Positions 51,126 to 63,027 of a DNA stretch of 64,000 nt are shown here, in pieces (position 1 is the stretch's first letter; each line of letters starts with the position of its first letter). The stretch lies in the NCBI RefSeq assembly GCF_009914755.1, contig NC_060944.1, one strand, 5' to 3'. The notes under the pieces are model-generated. The model was not told where the DNA came from. It did no database searches and saw only the letters and a program-made list of their open reading frames with translations. This DNA is from the human T2T-CHM13v2.0 reference genome, Homo sapiens. The translations under genes were made by a program, and so were the position numbers.

Positions 51126-54100
51126 CATTCTCAGAAGTTTATTTGTGATGTGTGCCCTCAACTAACAGAGTTGAACCTTTCTTTTGATAGAGCAGTTTTG
51201 AAACACTCTTTTTGTAAAATCTGCAAGAGGATATTTGGATAGCTTTGAGGATTTCGTTGCAAACGGGAATGGCTTCATATAAACTCTAGACAGAAGCATT
51301 CTCAGAAACTTCGTTGGGATGTTTCGATTGAAGTCCCAGTGTTGAACATTCCCTTTTATAGAGCAGGTTGGAAACACTCTTTCTGCATTCCCTGGAAGTG
51401 GACATTTGGAGCGCTTTCAGGACGACGGTGAAAATGGAAATATCTTCCAAGAAAATCTAGATAGAAGCAATGTCAGAAACTTTTATGTGATGGATCTACT
51501 CAGCTAACAGAGTTGAACCTTTCTTTTGAGAGAGCAGTTTTGCAACACTCTTTTTGTGGAATATGCAAGTGGATATTAGGGCAGCTTTGAGGATTTCGTT
51601 GGAAACGGGAATACATGTAAAAAGCAGACAGCAGCATTCTCAGAAACTTCTTTGTGATGTTTGCATTGAAGTCACAGAGTTGAACATTCCCTTTGAGAGA
51701 GCAGGTTTGAAACACGCCTTTTGTCATATCTGGAAGTGTCCATTCGGAGCGCATTCAGGCTTGTGTTGAAAAAGGAAATATCCTCCCATAAAAACTAGAC
51801 AGAAGCATTCTCAGAAACTTATCTGTGATGTATGTACTCAACTAACAGAACTAAACCATCGTTTTGAAGGAGCAGTTTTGAAACACTCTTTTTGCGGAAT
51901 CTGCAAGTGGATATTTGGCTAGCTGGGAGGATTTCGTTGGAAACGGGATTACATACAAAAAGCAGACAGCAGCATTCTCAGAAACTTCTTTGTGATGTTT
52001 GCATTCAAGTCACAGAGTTGAACATTCCCTTTCATAGAGCAGGTTTGAAACACTCTTTTTGTAGTATCTGGATGTGGACATTTGGATCGCTTTCAGGCCT
52101 ATGGTGAAAAAGGAAATATCTTCCCATGAAAACTAGACAGAAGCATTCTCAGAAACTTATTTGTGATGTGTGCCCTCAACTGACAGTGTTGAACCTTTGT
52201 TTTGATAGAGCAGTTCTGAAACACACTTTTTGTAAAATCTGCAAGAGGATATTTGGATAGCTTTGAGGATTTCGTTGGAAACGGGAATGTCTTCATGTAA
52301 ACTCTAGACAGAAGCATTCTCAGAAACTGCTTTGGGATGTTTCAATTGAAGTCCCAGTGTTGAACATTCCCATTCATAGAGCAGGTTTGAAACACTCTTT
52401 TTGTAGTATCTGGAAGTGGACATTTGGAGCGCTTTCAGGTCTACGGTGAAAAAGGAGATATCTTCCAATAAAAACTAGATAGAAGCAATGTCAGAACTTT
52501 TTTCATGATGTATCTACTCAGCAAACAGAGTTGAACCTTTCTTTTGAGAGAGCAGTTTTGAAACACTCTTTTTGTGGAATATGCAAGTGGGTATTAGGCC
52601 AGCTTGGAGGATTTCGTTGGAAACGGGAATACGTATAAAAAGCAGACAGCAGCATTGTCAGAAACTACTTTGTGATGTTTGCATTCAAGTCACAGAATTG
52701 AACACTCCCTTTCACAGAGCAGGTTTGAAACACTCTTTTTGTAGTGTCTGTAAGTGAACATTTGGATGGCTTTCAGGCCTAAGGTGAAAAAGGAAATATC
52801 TTCCCATAAAAACTAGACAGAAGCATTCTCAGAAACTTGTTTGTGATGTGTGCCCTCTACTGACAGAGTTGAAGCTTTCTTTGCAAAGAGCAGTTTTGAA
52901 ACACTCTTTTTGTAGAATCTGCAAGAGGATATTTGGATAGCTTTGAGGATTTCTTGGGAAACGGGAATGTCTTCAGATAAACTCTAGACAGAAGCATTCT
53001 CAGAAACTTCTTTGGGATGTTTCAATTGAAGTCACAGTGTTGAACATTCCCTTTCACAGAGCAGGTTTGAAACACTCTTTTTGTAGTGTCTATAAGTGAA
53101 CATTTGGCGTGCTTTCAGTTGTAACGTGAAAAAGGAAATATCTTCCCATAAAAACTAGACAGAAGCATTCTCAGAAACTTGTTCTTGATGTGTCCCCTCT
53201 ACTGACAGTGTTGAACCTTTCTTTGCAAAGAGCAGCTTTGAAACACTCTTTTTGTAGAATCTGCAAGAGGATATTTGGATAGCTTGGAGGATTTCGTTGG
53301 AAACGGGTATGTCTTCAGATAAACTCTAGACAGAAGCATTCTCAGAAACTTCTTTGGGATGTTTCAATTGAAGTCACAGTGTTGAACATTCCCTTTCACA
53401 GAGCAGGTTTGAAACACTCTTTTTGTAGTGTCTATAAGTGAACATTTGGCGTGCTTTCAGTTGTAACGTGAAAAAGGAAATATCTTCCCATAAAAACTAG
53501 ACAGAAGCATTCTCAGAAACTTGTTCTTGATGTGTCCCCTCTACTGACAGAGTTGAACCTTTCTTTGCAAAGAGCAGCTTTGAAACACTCTTTTTGTAGA
53601 ATCTGCAAGAGGATATTTGGATAGCTTGGAGGATTTCGTTGGAAACGGGTATGTCTTCAGATAAACTCTAGACAGAAGCATTCTCAGAAACTTCTTTGGG
53701 ATGTTGCATTCAAGTCACAGAGTAGAACATTCCCATTCATAGAGCAGATTTGAAACACTCTTTTTGTAGTATCTGGAAGTGGACATTTGGAGCGCTTTCA
53801 GGCCTATGTTGAAAAAGGAAACATCTTCCCATAAAAACTAGACGGAAGCATTCTCAGAAACTTATTTGTGATGTGTTTGCTCAACTAACAGGATTGAACC
53901 ATCGCTTTGAAGGAGCAGTTTTGAAACACTGTTTTCGTGGAATCTGCAAGTGGATATTTGGCTAGCTTTGAGGATTTCGTTGGAAACGGGATTACATATA
54001 AAAAGGAGACAGCAGCATTCTCAGAAACTTCTTTGTGATGTCTGCATTCAATTCACAGAGTTGAGCATTCCCTTTCATAGAGCAGGTTGGAAACACTCTT

Positions 54101-57100
54101 TTTGTAGTATCTGGATGAGGACATTTGGAGCGCTTTCAGGCGTATGGTGAAAAAGGAAATATCTTCCCGTAAAAACTAGACAGAAGCATTCTCAGAAGTT
54201 TATTTGTGATGTGTGCCCTCAACTAACAGAGTTGAACCTTTCTTTTGATAGAGCAGTTTTGAAACACTCTTTTTGTAAAATCTGCAAGAGGATATTTGGA
54301 TAGCTTTGAGGATTTCGTTGCAAACGGGAATGGCTTCATATAAACTCTAGACAGAAGCATTCTCAGAAACTTCGTTGGGATGTTTCGATTGAAGTCCCAG
54401 TGTTGAACATTCCCTTTTATAGAGCAGGTTGGAAACACTCTTTCTGCATTCCCTGGAAGTGGACATTTGGAGCGCTTTCAGGACGACGGTGAAAATGGAA
54501 ATATCTTCCAAGAAAATCTAGATAGAAGCAATGTCAGAAACTTTTATGTGATGGATCTACTCAGCTAACAGAGTTGAACCTTTCTTTTGAGAGAGCAGTT
54601 TTGCAACACTCTTTTTGTGGAATATGCAAGTGGATATTAGGGCAGCTTTGAGGATTTCGTTGGAAACGGGAATACATGTAAAAAGCAGACAGCAGCATTC
54701 TCAGAAACTTCTTTGTGATGTTTGCATTGAAGTCACAGAGTTGAACATTCCCTTTGAGAGAGCAGGTTTGAAACACGCCTTTTGTCATATCTGGAAGTGT
54801 CCATTCGGAGCGCATTCAGGCTTGTGTTGAAAAAGGAAATATCCTCCCATAAAAACTAGACAGAAGCATTCTCAGAAACTTATCTGTGATGTATGTACTC
54901 AACTAACAGAACTAAACCATCGTTTTGAAGGAGCAGTTTTGAAACACTCTTTTTGCGGAATCTGCAAGTGGATATTTGGCTAGCTGGGAGGATTTCGTTG
55001 GAAACGGGATTACATACAAAAAGCAGACAGCAGCATTCTCAGAAACTTCTTTGTGATGTTTGCATTCAAGTCACAGAGTTGAACATTCCCTTTCATAGAG
55101 CAGGTTTGAAACACTCTTTTTGTAGTATCTGGATGTGGACATTTGGATCGCTTTCAGGCCTATGGTGAAAAAGGAAATATCTTCCCATGAAAACTAGACA
55201 GAAGCATTCTCAGAAACTTATTTGTGATGTGTGCCCTCAACTGACAGTGTTGAACCTTTGTTTTGATAGAGCAGTTCTGAAACACACTTTTTGTAAAATC
55301 TGCAAGAGGATATTTGGATAGCTTTGAGGATTTCGTTGGAAACGGGAATGTCTTCATGTAAACTCTAGACAGAAGCATTCTCAGAAACTGCTTTGGGATG
55401 TTTCAATTGAAGTCCCAGTGTTGAACATTCCCATTCATAGAGCAGGTTTGAAACACTCTTTTTGTAGTATCTGGAAGTGGACATTTGGAGCGCTTTCAGG
55501 TCTACGGTGAAAAAGGAGATATCTTCCAATAAAAACTAGATAGAAGCAATGTCAGAACTTTTTTCATGATGTATCTACTCAGCAAACAGAGTTGAACCTT
55601 TCTTTTGAGAGAGCAGTTTTGAAACACTCTTTTTGTGGAATATGCAAGTGGGTATTAGGCCAGCTTGGAGGATTTCGTTGGAAACGGGAATACGTATAAA
55701 AAGCAGACAGCAGCATTGTCAGAAACTACTTTGTGATGTTTGCATTCAAGTCACAGAATTGAACACTCCCTTTCACAGAGCAGGTTTGAAACACTCTTTT
55801 TGTAGTGTCTGTAAGTGAACATTTGGATTGCTTTCAGGCCTAAGGTGAAAAAGGAAATATCTTCCCATAAAAACTAGACAGAAGCATTCTCAGAAACTTG
55901 TTTGTGATGTGTGCCCTCTACTGACAGAGTTGAAGCTTTCTTTGCAAAGAGCAGTTTTGAAACACTCTTTTTGTAGAATCTGCAAGAGGATATTTGGATA
56001 GCTTTGAGGATTTCTTGGGAAACGGGAATGTCTTCAGATAAACTCTAGACAGAAGCATTCTCAGAAACTTCTTTGGGATGTTTCAATTGAAGTCACAGTG
56101 TTGAACATTCCCTTTCACAGAGCAGGTTTGAAACACTCTTTTTGTAGTGTCTATAAGTGAACATTTGGCGTGCTTTCAGTTGTAACGTGAAAAAGGAAAT
56201 ATCTTCCCATAAAAACTAGACAGAAGCATTCTCAGAAACTTGTTCTTGATGTGTCCCCTCTACTGACAGTGTTGAACCTTTCTTTGCAAAGAGCAGCTTT
56301 GAAACACTCTTTTTGTAGAATCTGCAAGAGGATATTTGGATAGCTTGGAGGATTTCGTTGGAAACGGGTATGTCTTCAGATAAACTCTAGACAGAAGCAT
56401 TCTCAGAAACTTCTTTGGGATGTTTCAATTGAAGTCACAGTGTTGAACATTCCCTTTCACAGAGCAGGTTTGAAACACTCTTTTTGTAGTGTCTATAAGT
56501 GAACATTTGGCGTGCTTTCAGTTGTAACGTGAAAAAGGAAATATCTTCCCATAAAAACTAGACAGAAGCATTCTCAGAAACTTGTTCTTGATGTGTCCCC
56601 TCTACTGACAGAGTTGAACCTTTCTTTGCAAAGAGCAGATTTGAAACACTCTTTTTGTAGAATCTGCAAGAGGATATTTGGATAGCTTGGAGGATTTCGT
56701 TGGAAACGGGTATGTCTTCAGATAAACTCTAGACAGAAGCATTCTCAGAAACTTCTTTGGGATGTTGCATTCAAGTCACAGAGTAGAACATTCCCATTCA
56801 TAGAGCAGATTTGAAACACTCTTTTTGTAGTATCTGGAAGTGGACATTTGGAGCGCTTTCAGGCCTATGTTGAAAAAGGAAACATCTTCCCATAAAAACT
56901 AGACGGAAGCATTCTCAGAAACTTATTTGTGATGTGTTTGCTCAACTAACAGGATTGAACCATCGTTTTGAAGGAGCAGTTTTGAAACACTGTTTTCGTG
57001 GAATCTGCAAGTGGATATTTGGCTAGCTTTGAGGATTTCGTTGGAAACGGGATTACATATAAAAAGGAGACAGCAGCATTCTCAGAAACTTCTTTGTGAT

Positions 57101-57247
57101 GTCTGCATTCAATTCACAGAGTTGAGCATTCCCTTTCATAGAGCAGGTTGGAAACACTCTTTTTGTAGTATCTGGATGAGGACATTTGGAGCGCTTTCAG
57201 GCGTATGGTGAAAAAGGAAATATCTTCCCGTAAAAACTAGACAGAAG
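51126..57247 (+). repeat. HOR19-HOR20: 18-mer class III (3061 bp; m11-12-13-12-13-14)
   Basis: Clean m12-m13 dimer repeat (53337-53678; 56398-56739). The first m13 is marked by GACAGTGTTG (53209) instead of GACAGAGTTG. Confidence 0.9.
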
Positions 57248-59966
57248 CATTCTCAGAAGTTTATTTGTGATGTGTGCCCTCAACTAACAGAGTTGAACCT
57301 TTCTTTTGATAGAGCAGTTTTGAAACACTCTTTTTGTAAAATCTGCAAGAGGATATTTGGATAGCTTTGAGGATTTCGTTGCAAACGGGAATGGCTTCAT
57401 ATAAACTCTAGACAGAAGCATTCTCAGAAACTTCGTTGGGATGTTTCGATTGAAGACCCAGTGTTGAACATTCCCTTTTATAGAGCAGGTTGGAAACACT
57501 CTTTCTGCATTCCCTGGAAGTGGACATTTGGAGCGCTTTCAGGACGACGGTGAAAATGGAAATATCTTCCAAGAAAATCTAGATAGAAGCAATGTCAGAA
57601 ACTTTTCTGTGATGGATCTACTCAGCTAACAGAGTTGAACCTTTCTTTTGAGAGAGCAGTTTTGCAACACTCTTTTTGTGGAATATGCAAGTGGATATTA
57701 GGGCAGCTTTGAGGATTTCGTTGGAAACGGGAATACATGTAAAAAGCAGACAGCAGCATTCTCAGAAACTTCTTTGTGATGTTTGCATTGAAGTCACAGA
57801 GTTGAACATTCCCTTTGAGAGAGCAGGTTTGAAACACGCCTTTTGTCATATCTGGAAGTGTCCATTCGGAGCGCATTCAGGCTTGTGTTGAAAAAGGAAA
57901 TATCCTCCCATAAAAACTAGACAGAAGCATTCTCAGAAACTTATCTGTGATGTATGTACTCAACTAACAGAACTAAACCATCGTTTTGAAGGAGCAGTTT
58001 TGAAACACTCTTTTTGCGGAATCTGCAAGTGGATATTTGGCTAGCTGGGAGGATTTCGTTGGAAATGGGATTACATACAAAAAGCAGACAGCAGCATTCT
58101 CAGAAACTTCTTTGTGATGTTTGCATTCAAGTCACAGAGTTGAACATTCCCTTTCATAGAGCAGGTTTGAAACACTCTTTTTGTAGTATCTGGATGTGGA
58201 CATTTGGATCGCTTTCAGGCCTATGGTGAAAAAGGAAATATCTTCCCATGAAAACTAGACAGAAGCATTCTCAGAAACTTATTTGTGATGTGTGCCCTCA
58301 ACTGACAGTGTTGAACCTTTGTTTTGATAGAGCAGTTCTGAAACACACTTTTTGTAAAATCTGCAAGAGGATATTTGGATAGCTTTGAGGATTTCGTTGG
58401 AAACGGGAATGTCTTCATGTAAACTCTAGACAGAAGCATTCTCAGAAACTGCTTTGGGATGTTTCAATTGAAGTCCCAGTGTTGAACATTCCCATTCATA
58501 GAGCAGGTTTGAAACACTCTTTTTGTACTATCTGGAAGGGAACATTTGGAGTGCTTTCAGGTCTACGGTGAAAAAGGAGATATCTTCCAATAAAAACTAG
58601 ATAGAAGCAATGTCAGAACTTTTTTCATGATGTATCTACTCAGCAAACAGAGTTGAACCTTTCTTTTGAGAGAGCAGTTTTGAAACACTCTTTTTGTGGA
58701 ATATGCAAGTGGGTATTAGGCCAGCTTGGAGGATTTCGTTGGAAACGGGAATACGTATAAAAAGCAGACAGCAGCATTGTCAGAAACTACTTTGTGATGT
58801 TTGCATTCAAGTCACAGAATTGAACACTCCCTTTCACAGAGCAGGTTTGAAACACTCTTTTTGTAGTGTCTGTAAGTGAACATTTGGATTGCTTTCAGGC
58901 CTAAGGTGAAAAAGGAAATATCTTCCCATAAAAACTAGACAGAAGCATTCTCAGAAACTTGTTTGTGATGTGTGCCCTCTACTGACAGAGTTGAAGCTTT
59001 CTTTGCAAAGAGCAGTTTTGAAACACTCTTTTTGTAGAATCTGCAAGAGGATATTTGGATAGCTTTGAGGATTTCTTGGGAAACGGGAATGTCTTCAGAT
59101 AAACTCTAGACAGAAGCATTCTCAGAAACTTCTTTGGGATGTTTCAATTGAAGTCACAGTGTTGAACATTCCCTTTCACAGAGCAGGTTTGAAACACTCT
59201 TTTTGTAGTGTCTATAAGTGAACATTTGGCGTGCTTTCAGGCGTAACGTGAAAAAGGAAATATCTTCCCATAAAAACTAGACAGAAGCATTCTCAGAAAC
59301 TTGTTCGTGATGTGTCCCCTCTACTGACAGAGTTGAACCTTTCTTTGCAAAGAGCAGCTTTGAAACACTCTTTTTGTAGAATCTGCAAGAGGATATTTGG
59401 GTAGCTTGGAGGATTTCGTTGGAAACGGGTATGTCTTCAGATAAACTCTAGACAGAAGCATTCTCAGAAACTTCTTTGGGATGTTGCATTCAAGTCACAG
59501 AGTAGAACATTCCCATTCATAGAGCAGATTTGAAACACTCTTTTTGTAGTATCTGGAAGTGGACATTTGGAGCGCTTTCAGGCCTATGTTGAAAAAGGAA
59601 ATATCTTCCCATAAAAACTAGACGGAAGCATTCTCAGAAACTTATTTGTGATGTGTTTGCTCAACTAACAGGATTGAACCATCGTTTTGAAGGAGCAGTT
59701 TTGAAACACTGTTTTCGTGGAATCTGCAAGTGGATATTTGGCTAGCTTTGAGGATTTCGTTGGAAACGGGATTACATATAAAAAGGAGACAGCAGCATTC
59801 TCAGAAACTTCTTTGTGATGTCTGCATTCAATTCACAGAGTTGAGCATTCCCTTTCATAGAGCAGGTTGGAAACACTCTTTTTGTAGTATCTGGATGAGG
59901 ACATTTGGAGCGCTTTCAGGCGTATGGTGAAAAAGGAAATATCTTCCCGTAAAAACTAGACAGAAG
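57248..59966 (+). repeat. HOR21: divergent 16-mer copy (2719 bp) with mutated m5 CENP-B box
   Basis: Spacing 2719. Variants at 58066, 58539, 58541, 58552, 59243, 59307 and 59401. Confidence 0.9.
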
Positions 59967-62900
59967 CATTCTCAGAAGTTTATTTGTGATGTGTGCCCTC
60001 AACTAACAGAGTTGAACCTTTCTTTTGATAGAGCAGTTTTGAAACACTCTTTTTGTAAAATCTGCAAGAGGATATTTGGATAGCTTTGAGGATTTCGTTG
60101 CAAACGGGAATGGCTTCATATAAACTCTAGACAGAAGCATTCTCAGAAACTTCGTTGGGATGTTTCGATTGAAGTCCCAGTGTTGAACATTCCCTTTTAT
60201 AGAGCAGGTTGGAAACACTCTTTCTGCATTCCCTGGAAGTGGACATTTGGAGCGCTTTCAGGACGACGGTGAAAATGGAAATATCTTCCAAGAAAATCTA
60301 GATAGAAGCAATGTCAGAAACTTTTATGTGATGGATCTACTCAGCTAACAGAGTTGAACCTTTCTTTTGAGAGAGCAGTTTTGCAACACTCTTTTTGTGG
60401 AATATGCAAGTGGATATTAGGGCAGCTTTGAGGATTTCGTTGGAAACGGGAATACATGTAAAAAGCAGACAGCAGCATTCTCAGAAACTTCTTTGTGATG
60501 TTTGCATTGAAGTCACAGAGTTGAACATTCCCTTTGAGAGAGCAGGTTTGAAACACGCCTTTTGTCATATCTGGAAGTGTCCATTCGGAGCGCATTCAGG
60601 CTTGTGTTGAAAAAGGAAATATCCTCCCATAAAAACTAGACAGAAGCATTCTCAGAAACTTATCTGTGATGTATGTACTCAACTAACAGAACTAAACCAT
60701 CGTTTTGAAGGAGCAGTTTTGAAACACTCTTTTTGCGGAATCTGCAAGTGGATATTTGGCTAGCTGGGAGGATTTCGTTGGAAACGGGATTACATACAAA
60801 AAGCAGACAGCAGCATTCTCAGAAACTTCTTTGTGATGTTTGCATTCAAGTCACAGAGTTGAACATTCCCTTTCATAGAGCAGGTTTGAAACACTCTTTT
60901 TGTAGTATCTGGATGTGGACATTTGGATCGCTTTCAGGCCTATGGTGAAAAAGGAAATATCTTCCCATGAAAACTAGACAGAAGCATTCTCAGAAACTTA
61001 TTTGTGATGTGTGCCCTCAACTGACAGTGTTGAACCTTTGTTTTGATAGAGCAGTTCTGAAACACACTTTTTGTAAAATCTGCAAGAGGATATTTGGATA
61101 GCTTTGAGGATTTCGTTGGAAACGGGAATGTCTTCATGTAAACTCTAGACAGAAGCATTCTCAGAAACTGCTTTGGGATGTTTCAATTGAAGTCCCAGTG
61201 TTGAACATTCCCATTCATAGAGCAGGTTTGAAACACTCTTTTTGTACTATCTGGAAGTGGACATTTGGAGCGCTTTCAGGTCTACGGTGAAAAAGGAGAT
61301 ATCTTCCAATAAAAACTAGATAGAAGCAATGTCAGAACTTTTTTCATGATGTATCTACTCAGCAAACAGAGTTGAACCTTTCTTTTGAGAGAGCAGTTTT
61401 GAAACACTCTTTTTGTGGAATATGCAAGTGGGTATTAGGCCAGCTTGGAGGATTTCGTTGGAAACGGGAATACGTATAAAAAGCAGACAGCAGCATTGTC
61501 AGAAACTACTTTGTGATGTTTGCATTCAAGTCACAGAATTGAACACTCCCTTTCACAGAGCAGGTTTGAAACACTCTTTTTGTAGTGTCTGTAAGTGAAC
61601 ATTTGGATTGCTTTCAGGCCTAAGGTGAAAAAGGAAATATCTTCCCATAAAAACTAGACAGAAGCATTCTCAGAAACTTGTTTGTGATGTGTGCCCTCTA
61701 CTGACAGAGTTGAACCTTTCTTTGCAAAGAGCAGTTTTGAAACACTCTTTTTGTAGAATCTGCAAGAGGATATTTGGATAGCTTTGAGGATTTCTTGGGA
61801 AACGGGAATGTCTTCAGATAAACTCTAGACAGAAGCATTCTCAGAAACTTCTTTGGGATGTTTCAATTGAAGTCACAGTGTTGAACATTCCCTTTCACAG
61901 AGCAGGTTTGAAACACTCTTTTTGTAGTGTCTATAAGTGAACATTTGGCGTGCTTTCAGTTGTAACGTGAAAAAGGAAATATCTTCCCATAAAAACTAGA
62001 CAGAAGCATTCTCAGAAACTTGTTCTTGATGTGTCCCCTCTACTGACAGTGTTGAACCTTTCTTTGCAAAGAGCAGCTTTGAAACACTCTTTTTGTAGAA
62101 TCTGCAAGAGGATATTTGGATAGCTTGGAGGATTTCGTTGGAAACGGGTATGTCTTCAGATAAACTCTAGACAGAAGCATTCTCAGAAACTTCTTTGGGA
62201 TGTTTCAATTGAAGTCACAGTGTTGAACATTCCCTTTCACAGAGCAGGTTTGAAACACTCTTTTTGTAGTGTCTATAAGTGAACATTTGGCGTGCTTTCA
62301 GTTGTAACGTGAAAAAGGAAATATCTTCCCATAAAAACTAGACAGAAGCATTCTCAGAAACTTGTTCTTGATGTGTCCCCTCTACTGACAGAGTTGAACC
62401 TTTCTTTGCAAAGAGCAGCTTTGAAACACTCTTTTTGTAGAATCTGCAAGAGGATATTTGGATAGCTTGGAGGATTTCGTTGGAAACGGGTATGTCTTCA
62501 GATAAACTCTAGACAGAAGCATTCTCAGAAACTTCTTTGGGATGTTGCATTCAAGTCACAGAGTAGAACATTCCCATTCATAGAGCAGATTTGAAACACT
62601 CTTTTTGTAGTATCTGGAAGTGGACATTTGGAGCGCTTTCAGGCCTATGTTGAAAAAGGAAACATCTTCCCATAAAAACTAGACGGAAGCATTCTCAGAA
62701 ACTTATTTGTGATGTGTTTGCTCAACTAACAGGATTGAACCATCGTTTTGAAGGAGCAGTTTTGAAACACTGTTTTCGTGGAATCTGCAAGTGGATATTT
62801 GGCTAGCTTTGAGGATTTCGTTGGAAACGGGATTACATATAAAAAGGAGACAGCAGCATTCTCAGAAACTTCTTTGTGATGTCTGCATTCAATTCACAGA

Positions 62901-63027
62901 GTTGAGCATTCCCTTTCATAGAGCAGGTTGGAAACACTCTTTTTGTAGTATCTGGATGAGGACATTTGGAGCGCTTTCAGGCGTATGGTGAAAAAGGAAA
63001 TATCTTCCCGTAAAAACTAGACAGAAG
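59967..63027 (+). repeat. HOR22: 18-mer class III (3061 bp)
   Basis: m12-m13 repeated at 62178-62519; same GACAGTGTTG marker in the first m13. Confidence 0.9.
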
